Below, one piece after another: positions 52,878 to 64,000 of a stretch of DNA of 64,000 bases. The stretch is taken from positions 41,666,001 through 41,730,000 of the forward strand of contig CM097885.1 in assembly GCA_044892525.1 (NCBI GenBank), read 5' to 3'. The notes beneath the pieces were generated by a model that was given only the letters and a program-made list of their open reading frames with translations, was not told the DNA's origin and did no database searches. A program made the position numbers and the translations under genes. Numbering within the stretch: position 1 is the first letter of the stretch; each line of letters begins with the position of its first letter. The stretch comes from Schmidtea polychroa. Its lineage: Eukaryota.

Positions 52878-53298
52878 ACATCAAATTACAAAGAATGCGC
52901 AAAGCATAAGTGAACTAGAACTCGATTTCCTGACGAATTTTTAAATAACATCGATTCTAGCTTAAACCTGAATGCTAGAGACAACTTTAGTATTCAAAAT
53001 AAAATCCTTTGTATGTCACATAGTAAATTTTATTTCTTCACCGTACGTCCACGTTAATAATTTTGTTCAAATTACGTAAACCACATGTGATACACAGATC
53101 AATATTTAAACTTTCTACTAGTCATACGTTTTGTGCATCACATATAGTTTACGTAGTATTTACTTGTTATCAATCAGCATCAAATCAAAATAGTTGAAAT
53201 GTATGTAATAAGACTAATAATTGTGCACAACATAAGATGCGCAAGCTAATTAATTTAGACGTGTGTACATATAATTGCTGACAACCTTTCTTTACATA

Positions 53299-53500
53299 CC
53301 CTGTTTTCGTGTTATAAGCCACTGATTTAGAAGTTTTGAAATATATTTTTATCTGAAAAAACGACTTAGTAAAGAGTAATGGTATATTTACTAAACCACT
53401 ACCTTTTAATAAGCCATTAATCTTTACTAAGGCTTTTTAAAGATAAAAATATATTTTAAAACTCTTCTAATCCAGTGGATACTAACGCGAAAAAAAGGTG
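53299..53500. mobile_element. Palindromic MITE with TA flanks
   Basis: About 90-bp imperfect inverted arms (ccactgatttagaag...cttctaatccagtgg). Confidence 0.65.
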
Positions 53501-54453
53501 TAATCTAACATTTTATTATGTTAAAAATTTTATATATATATATATATAGAATAATTATTAAAGTGAAAACATAAATAAAAATTTATTAAACATCCATAAT
53601 TCCTATTTTAAATATAAAACAAGGGTCCCATGTATGTATCTGATCAAGTTAAGTTAGTATACTTTATGTATCTTAGTTCTCCTGATAGTATATTTGTTAC
53701 TTTTAATATATTAATTTGATAAAATATTTATTGAAGTAAAAAGATTTAGCTTTACATGCCACCGCAGATTTTCATCTGTTTCTAAAGTTTCCAATTACTT
53801 GTTTCCAGATGTTGTACAAAATACAATTCGAAATATTAATATCTAGTGGAAATTATTTTCTCACAAAATATCAGATTATAAAATATTTATTAATAGTTTA
53901 AATATTTAATTTAAATATTTAATTCAAGAAAATGGTCAAATAAAAATATAAAATTAATTAACTAGTTAATTATTTTTTGGTTACCTTTGATTTTTTTAGC
54001 TGCTTTAAAAATTTCGTTTATTTTCATTAACCTCTTAAGTGGCTATGACGGATATATACGTCATCAACATATGCATTACAAAACGCATAAGACTAATAGA
54101 AATATATCATAAATATTACTTTTACATATTATTACATATTATCTTAATAAATTATTTTATTTTTTGTAACCCTACGCTATATACGCTATATACACTATAT
54201 ACGCTGGCGGATAACAAAACTCGCCGCTGAGGAGCGCATTTCTTTTGACGAAATAAACCATTTGAGAGTTTAAGACTAATCGTAGATCAAATTTAAGTTA
54301 GGGGGAAAATGTGATCTATTATCGTAATGAAAATAAATGAAATTTTAATAAAGTTTCATAAATTCTGATTTCTAAACTGCCCATAGAATTACTTTCAGAC
54401 AATCAATTTTAAATTTACATTTAATAAAATAATAATAAAAGTACTGATATATA

Positions 54454-55415
54454 TGTTGAGGTTTGAAAATAAATTATTAAATTATATAGTTCAGATTAAA
54501 AAGAAAACCGAAATTGAATGGCGGTCAAGCAGAGAAGCAATGGCAAAGAAAGATATGATAAAAACAGAACTATCAAAGGGTACAATCAGACATAAAATGG
54601 AAAAATGCGCAAACCTGAGGAAATGGAATAAAGTGAAAAGTTATCGAAATTGAAGCTGGAAAACGGGAGAGGGGTAGATTAGGGGATGGTGAAGAAGACA
54701 GTGAGCAAGAAATTGTTAGAAAATGTGTAGAAAGGGTCATAAAACAGGCAAATCTGGAAAATTAATTAATTGGCTAATGGGAAACCCGAGCTAATGGAAA
54801 GCCCGAGCCAATGGAGAACCCGAGCGATGAAGAAACCCCGAGCACGGCAATTTGGAAGGGTAAACAAACGAGGAATTCAGAGGGCAATTATCCAAACAAC
54901 CGGATAAACGAGGGTAAACAAAAGAAGGGGAATTACGAAGAGTGTCAACAAAAATAGTCAATTAAGGAATGATAACTAAAGAAGTCAAAACCAATTAGGT
55001 CAAAAATGGGGCAATTACAACGATTATTGGAGTATATAAGGAAACTCAAAATTCACATAATTGGCGGTAGCCTGTAGGGAAGAAGAAATAGACGCTAGGA
55101 TTTCGAGGAATAAAATAAAAGAAGAAAAGAATAATAAGAGGAACCGAGGCGTTGGAAAGGAATATTAAAAGAGTTCGAATCAGAGAGCGGAATCAAGCAG
55201 AAAGGTGAAACTTAATTTTAAATCGTACAAGGTTGAAACCTTCAGAGCGGAGTTCGATCTGAAATTGTGTGAGAATTGTGATTAACCAACAGTGTGATTA
55301 ATTGTTGAGAGTTGTGAATTGTTATAAAACAAATATACGTTGGGAGTTTGTGTTTATTGATTTTGGAACACGTGGAGTCAGAGTAACCAACGGTTGATTT
55401 TGATATCATAAAACC

Positions 55416-55420
<5 letters not shown>
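54454..55420 (+). mobile_element. Gypsy-type solo LTR in (TA)n
   Basis: TATA|TGTTGAGG...CCCAACA|TATA, 17-bp aatggaaaacccgagct repeats, TATATAA near 55035. Confidence 0.8.
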
Positions 55421-55488
<68 letters not shown>

Positions 55489-55499
55489 TAAACTTCCAA

Positions 55500-55836
55500 C
55501 CTCCAATTGCTTTCCACCAACTGCAACAGCTCGATGTCCAGCTACAAAGCCACTGGGATCAGTTTTGAATAATAACGGTTTGTCCATTTCAATATCATAA
55601 GATAAAGCTATCATTGAACAACCTAATGGTCGCATCTCAGCCGATTGGGTATAAAGCTGATTAATATCCGCAATACAACGACATATTATGTCACAAATTT
55701 TATATTTAAATCGAGCTGCTTCCATTTGTGCACGACATACTTGAGATCGACAATCAGGGATCATACCAATCATAACACTTCCAGTACTTTCAGTAATATT
55801 AAACAATCTTGTAGCTGAAATCTTCTCAATCATTTC
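55500..55836 (-). pseudogene. PSMA6: Proteasome subunit alpha type-6 internal fragment
   Basis: TRLFNITESTGSVMIGMIPDCRSQV..EAARFKYK-ICDIICRCIADINQLYTQSAEMRPLGCSMI...KTDPSGFVAGHRAVAVGGKQLE. The conserved YGYE segment is deleted and no N- or C-terminal exons are nearby. Confidence 0.8.
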
Positions 55837-56148
55837 CTCAAAAATTATAAATTTCGGAACCAATTGAAAGTTAATGAATTGATACAAAATAACAAAATCG
55901 CAAATTCGAAAGAACAATTATAATTTCAAAACTTCCACAATTCCCGAACAAAAATGTATCCATTGATTTAGCGAAACAAAATCTCTAAAACCTAATATAA
56001 AAATTACAAGCTAACAATAAAAGACCTACTTCTCGCGTCTGTGTGCGCACACCAACAAGAATCGGTCTAACCAGACCGCGCACACAGACGCGATAGAAAA
56101 ACCACCAAACTAACTGCCGGTCAGAGGCAAACCCCTCTGACTGGTCGA

Positions 56149-56260
<112 letters not shown>

Positions 56261-57575
56261 AATAAGGCTCTTCAGGAACCTGACATAGAACTTTGTACCC
56301 TGATTAAATTATTTTATACACACAGAACACTTTAATAAAAGAATAGAATTCAAAATATTTATTAATATAAAATTCATTAATAAAAGAATTGTAAAAAATA
56401 AATTCTGGTTAATTAACCAACAAGCACCCAATTCTCAAAAATCTTTCAACCATCAAATGAATCTAGAAAATATACTAAAATGAAAAAAAAATGTAAAAAT
56501 AACTAAATTCAATATTTAAAAATTAACAGTTTTTAATTGACTTGTTTTAAATGCACGAAAATAAACCTTGTGAGTTGTAATTAGTTTGAAAATCTTGTAG
56601 TAAAGTGATAGTAGTAATAATAATTAATAATAATTAAAAATATAATTTAAAATGATAAAAAATGATAATTAGAAATATAAAGCTTAATTAATCGAAATAA
56701 ATATTATAATTAGGTGCCGTTTTTTTGGTATTAGTATAAATTAAATGTAAAACAAATAAATGATAAGATGAGCCTTGGCCTCGAATTGTAAAATATGAAA
56801 ATTAGTTAATCATCTTATCATTTATTTGTTAATTATTATATTAGATAGATGGTTTACCGTCAAATATAAGCCAAGACCTCCTTCCCTAGAAAAAGTAGGC
56901 TAAATATTTTTTTGTTTAAATCAATTTAACCTCACCGATTAACCATAGAAACCATATAATAAATACTGAAAAGTAGGTCATGGTCAATTTCTGGTAAAAA
57001 TTAAGTGTGTTAATTTAAGGACATTCTAAGCTTATTTTAATGTCAATTATTAAATTTAAATAGTGTAGGTTAAATATATTTTTTAAGTTGGTCACATAAA
57101 ATTTTATATGGGTGTCTGACCTATATCTGACGAGGTCACGTCTTTCTACTTATTGTTATTATTTAGTATTTAATTATTCCAGTAAAAAAATATTTTTACT
57201 CAATAATAAATTATATTCAAATAAATAAGATCGGTCATTGTTTCAGAGAAATTTGGGTGAAATCACATCTCAAATTAGAACTTGTTATTCTGGAGTGTCA
57301 GGATTTCTTACATTGTTTTGTGAGTAGAGGTTTTGTCTTTCGTGTGCATATATAATTACTATAAAAATAAATCTTACGATATCTCCTCATTTTCACGAAA
57401 ACTCAATTTTTACGGGATTTATTTTATTCTAAAAATTGTCCAAAATAAAGTTATTATAGGAGTGCACAATGGCGGATAAAGGTTTAGCAGCATTACGTAT
57501 TTTTGATGAAAATGAATAATTTATTATATATATGACATCAGTGGCGTAACATCAAATTCTTGGCCCCAATACAGC

Positions 57576-58468
57576 TGTTGGGTTTTTAATGTAAGTCGGT
57601 ACTACGGTCTGACTCCTTTGTGTTCTTTTGCAAATAAATAAATAAATAACCCAACACAAAATCTTTATTGACACTGATGCAGTTACACTTTTACACTTGT
57701 ATTAGTTTACTCACACTTGATACAATCAGGTTTTGTCTGCCCTTTTCAATTTATTAACAAATCTCACGCAGGGGTAGATCTTCCAACGGAGATGTCCCTT
57801 TCTGGTACGTTAGATTTTTAAATGGTTTAATTTCTACTAACTTTAATATTTCCCTTTTCGCTCTCTTCAAACTTCTATTTTCTTTTCTTCGACCAACTGG
57901 GATTTTGTTTTCTTGCCAGTTGCTTTTATACTCGTTTAATAATTGACTTTATTTTTGCCAATTATCTTTGGTCCTATTTCCCCCCGGGCTTCCTCTTGGA
58001 GATCTAATTTAATTGAATGGAATTTGTTTGACGGCGCTTTTTACTTTTTATCCGGCTAAATTAATTGCCTTCCCAAAATTAGATTTCTCCGGCTAAATTA
58101 ATTGCCTTCCCGAAATTGGATTTCTCAATTCGCTCGGGTTTTCCATTGTATCGGGTTTCCCATTAGCTCGGGTTCTCCATTAGCTCTGGTTTCCCATTAG
58201 CTCGGGTTTTCCATTAGTTAATTAATTTTTAATTAATTTTGTTTTTTGTAATTTATTCCTTTTAGGGACCCCCCATTGATTTTATTTTATTATAGCTGAA
58301 CTCGTCTCATTATTTCGCATCCGCCCATACCAGTTTCCCCCAGAAAATATTCATTTTTTAAAATTTTTGATTTTTAATTAATATTTTGTACTTTAAATTT
58401 TTATTCTGAATTTGGTGTTTTTGTCAATTTTCACCTCATTTTTGTGCCTCCCTTGTTGAACCCCAACA
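57576..58468 (-). mobile_element. Gypsy-type solo LTR adjoining a hAT end
   Basis: TGTTGGG...CCCCAACA with five 17-bp gctcgggtt..ccatt units. It follows the hAT-like end CAGTGGCGTAAC at about 57539. TSD not clear. Confidence 0.75.
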
Positions 58469-58978
58469 TATCTCCCCCCTTTAATTTAGATTCGACCTCG
58501 AATCTGCATATAATAAGTCTAATTTACCATACAGTAATAACAATAATAATAATAGTAATAAAAATGGATTGCTATCTACCTATTTTAGCTATTGCCTTTG
58601 CCAATGATTTTAAATCTGAGATATTTTATTTTAAAATTTCCTTATTCGACTCCCCCCCCCCATCATCCTCACACTACTTAATATAAATAATACTGTTAAT
58701 ACTAATAACAATAATAACGAAGATAATAATACTACCGATAATAATAATAACAATAATAATTCCTACCGATAACAATAGTAAAGATAATAACAATAATAAC
58801 AATAATAATAATAATAATACTAATAATAACAATAATAATAACAATAACAATAATAACAATAATTATTATACTTAATTATTATATATAATTATTATATTAT
58901 GATTTTTTTTTTTGAATAATAATGATAATAATAATACTGCTAATAATTCCTAATGATCACAATAATAAGGATAATAAC

Positions 58979-59012
<34 letters not shown>

Positions 59013-59032
59013 GTAATAATAATAACAATAAC

Positions 59033-59065
<33 letters not shown>

Positions 59066-59634
59066 TCGGAAAAAATCTATTTTCCTAGATTGGAAAACTA
59101 ATTTAATTTTCCTGATAATAATAATAATACTAATAATAATTAATAATGATGATGATAATAATTGTAATCGATAATATTACTTTATTGATTTTTTTAGATT
59201 ATAGAAACTTTTATTTATTGAAAACAGGTGTATTGTTTTTCAAAAAATATTTAATGCATAGTAAAGTTATTTGAAATTAATTACAATTTTACTCATTCCC
59301 TTTCCTAAGCATATTCAAAAGTCAATAAAACAGTTAAAATTAAATTCTTGTAATATCAGTAAATTTGTTTTTATATTTTTCCAACAAGAATAAAGTTGTA
59401 AATAAATTTTTTGAAAATAATATTTCGTTTTAATCTTTCATCTATTTATTTATCTTCAAATCATTTACAAGAGATGAGTATTACCTCGAGCAATTTCAAT
59501 TGAAATTTCTTGAAAAAATAAACTTATTTTTAGAATCGATTGTTAAATTTTATTATTATTTACAAAATGAAATAATATATAAATTAAAAATATGAATTTT
59601 ACAATAAATCTAATTTTCAAAGATTTTTTTTTTC

Positions 59635-59778
59635 AATCCACATTCTCAGAGAAATTTCAATAACTGACATAATTGAATTCTCTTTTAGAACGAAGGATAA
59701 TTGATTCTAAATCCACATTCCCAGAGAAATTTCAATAACCGACATAATTGAATTCTCTTTTAGAACAAGGATAATTGA
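59635..59778. repeat. Tandem duplication with ~75-bp period
   Basis: aatccacatt(c/t)cagagaaatttcaataac...ggataattga occurs twice. Confidence 0.85.
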
Positions 59779-59918
59779 CGGCGAAACTTCAATGAGTTTC
59801 CCCAAATTGCCTCTCAGATAGTCAATGATTTTAATGCATTAAATGGCTTCTGATTGGCTGCTTTTTCTTCCATTAATAGGTAAGAAATTTTATTTTTTCT
59901 TCATATTTTTTAATTCAG

Positions 59919-60493
59919 GAACAAAATGAGAAAAAGATTATTACTGGAAATCAATGTTCTGGGGGTGCATTCAATTCTAATACGTTTAACAAATTATGCT
60001 ACTTCTCTGAGAAGCACCCAAAAATTACTTTGGAATCAACTAAGAAAACACGGCGAATTATGTGACGTAGCCTTGATTGTTGGTCAAAAAAAAATCTTAG
60101 CCCACAGAATTGTGTTATCTGCATGTAGTCCTTATTTTAAAGCTATGTTTACTGGCGAATTATCTGAATCACTACAAAATGAAGTAATTAAATATTTGGT
60201 TATCTTTATCAAACGATATTAGGTAACATTAAGGGATATCGATGAAAGTGCTGTTGAAGCATTGGTAGAATTTTGTTATACATCTCAAATTGTTATTGAA
60301 GAGTGGAATGTACAGTGTTTACTACCAGCTGCTTGTTTATTACAATTATCAGAAATTCAAGATGTTTGTTGTGAATTTTTTAAAACAGCAGCTTGATCCA
60401 TCTAATTGCTTAGGTATCCGAGCTTTTGCTGATACTCATGCTTGTAATGACTTATTAACCATTGCTGATAAATTTACACACCATAATTTTCAA
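59919..60493 (+). pseudogene. KLHL20: KLHL20/diablo BTB-BACK region with two frameshifts and a 39-nt intron (60184-60222)
   Basis: [13 protein letters not shown] / [60 protein letters not shown] / [32 protein letters not shown]. Confidence 0.8.
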
Positions 60494-61846
60494 GTACACT
60501 TTATTTATTATTACCTCAAGATCGTCCTCTTATGCAGGTGGATAAATTTTGTGTTAATATAAACTTATATTGATTATTTATTATATTGTGTAAAATAATT
60601 TTCAGACTCTTTGATGATTTAACACAATAAATTGAAACATTAATTATCGCAATTGTCACTGTATTAACTGGAAATCGAAAATCTATTTCCAACTTAAAAT
60701 GGTACGCAGAGACATGAATATTGTTGATTTCGAAGCGAATATGAAACCATGAAGTATGTAGATATTAGCCCCATAGACCACTATGAGTTATATAGATTCC
60801 ATTTCTGAATTAGGATGAATTTGTAGATTTTTAATTGATTTGCACTCGAAAATTTGGTGTTTAAATGGTCACAGTGAACTTAAAGATCTATTCTCACCAC
60901 TTCTATGATACAAGATGCTTTCAAGTCATTAACGTATAAATCAATCCTAAAAATTATTATATATTTGTATTTAAAATTTCATTGAGATTTTCCAATTTTT
61001 TTTTTTTTCACTGTAACATCAAACTCAGCCTTCAATAAATCAGGGTAAAATAAGTTGAAAACGAATGCGCGTTAAGGAACAAATTAGTGATTGCCTTCTG
61101 TTATCGTGGGAAAAGAAGTAAGCGCATTCCAATCTGTAAAAGAAGACTACGAAAAATGTGGAAAGATCTAGAATAATGATGATTTCAGATAATGATAAAT
61201 TTTTGTTGAGTTTTCTGTTCTGGTTATTGCAAATTTTTCTGCAGACAAATTAATTTGACAGAGTTTTTATTTGTTATTAAAAATTTATTATGAAATCCTC
61301 TTTCTGGCAGCAGGGATTATAAGAGTTTCCTTTTCAAACTCCAGGAGAAAGAAAATTTGAATTTATATATTTCTATTTGGATTTTAGGAAGTAAGTTATT
61401 TAATCTTTATTAATTTCTATTTTTAATCATTTGAATAAATATTTTTATCCAATAAATTAATAATTTTCGTCTATACTCAAATTTTATGCATAGATATAGA
61501 TAAATAGTTTTGGATAAATATAGATATAGAGACACCGAGATACATAGAGAAACTTATAAACAAATATAGATTTAGATAAAAATATAGTTCCATTTATTCA
61601 TAAACGGTTTCAATGGAAAAATCAATGACTACTGACAACTACACACTTCCAATTGTCGTCCAGGGTAGCCAAACTCCGACAATTGGGAATGTGTATGTTG
61701 TTATTAAAAGTTTTATTTATTATTTATACATTTTCCCTTTAATTATTTGGGATTTAACTGATGAGCTACCAATTAATAAATGAGACAACGCGAGTTCAAC
61801 ATTATTTATTTTTTTATAAATATTATATATATATATATATATTAAT

Positions 61847-63316
61847 TTAGTTCATTTTTATTTCCAATTGTTTGGTTCCATGCCGATACCGTATTATTGT
61901 TTCTTCCCGTTCATAGATTACCCCATCGATGGTTACAGTCTCCCCAACATCAATATTTGAAGGGTTTTTTCTTTTTCTCGCTTGTCGACATTCGGGCATT
62001 GGACCATACTCAAGTGTTGGGTGTATTCTTACCATCGAGACACTTATCATTACTGAAACACATTCTTGTGAAATTTCCAAAAACGATTCGGTGGCCCACT
62101 TTAATGGAATTAATGGATTTTCAGTCTCCATCTCCACATTCTCCTCGCTTGTCAAGTCAATTTGTTCTGCTTCCATTACATCGTCAACCAGAATTTGTGC
62201 CACTTTCTCCGCTATTGCAGTTGATGCTGATGGTACCTCTCGAAGTTTTTTATATTCCTCCAACGAATATTTCTTTGATGGTAGGTTTTTGGGCATTGGT
62301 ATATCATCAATCCATTGATTTTCCACTCGTTGATATACCTTGCGAATGCTCTTCACATTCTCTAGAGCCGAATGCACACCGATTTGTGTTTCTTCTCCAC
62401 ATATTTCTCTCACTACCGTTTGTAATTTGAACCATTCTCCTTTCCTGGTTACTCCCATGTTCTGAAGTATTGGTGCTGCTGCTAGATCTCGAATGCCGTA
62501 CAATTGTTCAATCCATATCCCCAAGTATTGTAATTCTGCATGCAAATCATGGCCGATCAATATTTTGCCTACTGTCAAGCGTTGTATCTCTTTCATTGCC
62601 ACATATTGATCACATTGGTTCCTGCTGGCCACTTCTGTAATTCCATGGATCCTTGAATTAAAATGTCGGATTTTTCCTCTTGGAGTGAGGTATACATCTT
62701 TTACTACTTTCCCATAATAATTCATAATTGCTATTACTAAAGGGACCATTTTCCCTTGCTCTGATGTGCCATATTCAGCATCAATGAATAATATTCTACT
62801 GCGGATTTCTTCTAGATCCATTTCTTTTCTGAGAAACGACATTTTCCTTTTCAACATTTCTTTCGAAATTTTCATTAACATTGGATCTTCTCTTGCACTT
62901 GGCTGCATCTGCGGAACTTCGTTCGCTTCATTTTCGATTCTGATTTCCACTACCATGGTTGTTTCTTCATTCGCTGCTCGTAACAGTCTCCACATGAAGT
63001 CTCTCTGCCGCTTCCACGACGTAAATTTTTTAAGTTCCCAACACACTTTGTTGTCATTCGTCAGTACCTCAACGGTACCCTTGATCACATGTAGATGATA
63101 TTCTTCTTTCCTTGACATCTCGACTTCTTCTGCTAATCGCAATTTTGACATCCGCATGATCGTAAACATTTGGATCTTCATTTTTCGGTCATCAATTCTT
63201 AAATAATTTGGGATTTGGAGATTGTCATTTATCCGGTATACTTTTTGTCCGGCATGATTGTTCTTCATTTTGATGTAGCTGTCGTAGGTCGACCTTGCAA
63301 ATTGTATTTGTTCCAT
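61847..63316 (-). CDS. Intronless 489-aa protein with central REX4/ISG20-like DEDDh exonuclease domain
   Basis: FIDAEYG (ExoI), IHGIT, KILIGHDLHAEL (ExoII), IRDLA, KLQTVVREICGEETQIGVHSALENVK (ExoIII). Confidence 0.85.
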   Translation of the reverse strand: MEQIQFARSTYDSYIKMKNNHAGQKVYRINDNLQIPNYLRIDDRKMKIQMFTIMRMSKLRLAEEVEMSRKEEYHLHVIKGTVEVLTNDNKVCWELKKFTSWKRQRDFMWRLLRAANEETTMVVEIRIENEANEVPQMQPSAREDPMLMKISKEMLKRKMSFLRKEMDLEEIRSRILFIDAEYGTSEQGKMVPLVIAIMNYYGKVVKDVYLTPRGKIRHFNSRIHGITEVASRNQCDQYVAMKEIQRLTVGKILIGHDLHAELQYLGIWIEQLYGIRDLAAAPILQNMGVTRKGEWFKLQTVVREICGEETQIGVHSALENVKSIRKVYQRVENQWIDDIPMPKNLPSKKYSLEEYKKLREVPSASTAIAEKVAQILVDDVMEAEQIDLTSEENVEMETENPLIPLKWATESFLEISQECVSVMISVSMVRIHPTLEYGPMPECRQARKRKNPSNIDVGETVTIDGVIYEREETIIRYRHGTKQLEIKMN

Positions 63317-63751
63317 TTTTTTCTACAATAGTTATATAATTAAAATTTGAAGTTAATCTAATTTTAACACTAGGGTTGAGATGGGGTACCCAAAGGATAC
63401 CGTCCCACCAACTAGTTATATAAATAAATAATAATAATTACCGTTTAGTTAATTGTTGATTTATTTATTTTTTTTTTCAAAATTAATGGAGTTTAATGGA
63501 GTTAACCCTCTTTTTATACCCTTATGAAAATTCTCTTAACCCCGTTTTTCTCTCCCCCTTAACACAGCGCTAACCAATCAAATTGATTCTTTCCGTTGAT
63601 ATTGAAAAGTGCAGATTCACAAGTAAAATAAAATGAAATATTGATCATATCCATAATGAAATAAAATATTAATAATATCCATAAAATATTTATACTATAT
63701 TACTACTACTACTTTATCAATTTTTTTTGCATGCAAAGTATTTATGTCTTA

Positions 63752-64000
63752 CTACACAAATGTTTCTTCATAAACGATCCAAGGTCTCGCAATCTCGGAT
63801 CGATTCGTAGAAGGTTTGGGTATTGCTCGAAATTCAATTAGCACAATGATAATGAGAATAATGAGAGAGATTGTTATAATGAGAGTAGTTATTAATAATG
63901 TTACACACACAATTTCACTGTCAATTTTTAATGACGATATGGTTTTGTTATTAGTCATTGACTCATTGATGCTAGAAAAGATGTTTACGTTGACAGAGCT
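63752..64000 (-). CDS. C-terminal part of a putative single-pass membrane protein, open to the window edge
   Basis: Frame is open from 64000: SSVNVNIFSSINESMTNNKTISS... with NES and NKT sequons, a ~25-aa hydrophobic run and a short polar tail. Confidence 0.5.
   Translation of the reverse strand, partial: SSVNVNIFSSINESMTNNKTISSLKIDSEIVCVTLLITTLIITISLIILIIIVLIEFRAIPKPSTNRSEIARPWIVYEETFV

Noticed and set aside
61660..61775. Possible type-II hammerhead (GGTAGC...CTGATGAGCTACC)
   Set aside because: The required GAAA reads CAAA and stems I and III cannot be formed cleanly.
63369..63416. Helitron 3' end (hairpin plus CTAG)
   Set aside because: The hairpin directly abuts CTAG on both strands and no matching 5' TC end or Rep/helicase was found.

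Overview
Very AT-rich, repeat-dense eukaryotic DNA. The ~40-46 nt introns, (TTA)n/(TA)n tracts and hATm/Penelope/Polinton/Gypsy content suggest a planarian-like flatworm; this is inference, not shown. Host genes: widely spaced + strand exons of a DDHD-domain phospholipase-like gene, an intronless PKA catalytic-subunit-like kinase (-), an intronless universal stress protein (+), and an intronless REX4/ISG20-like DEDDh exonuclease (-) beside a membrane-protein ORF at the window edge. Decayed gene pieces: HSP90 (x2), proteasome alpha-6 and KLHL20. Mobile DNA dominates: an intact hATm transposon with TIRs and an 8-bp TSD, a Helitron, piggyBac, MULE, hAT and Tc1/mariner MITEs, Penelope remnants with hammerhead-like motifs, and many Gypsy LTRs, often in microsatellites. 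Main findings: (1) a 5.75-kb non-coding element with Polinton/Maverick hallmarks (AGTAG termini, 6-bp TSD, ~1.25-kb modular TIRs), plus a separate Polinton capsid-like relic; (2) two related TGTTTCG-ended elements that each carry a different host-gene fragment, a candidate gene-capturing family; (3) the compact exonuclease/membrane-protein cassette bracketed by hairpins.
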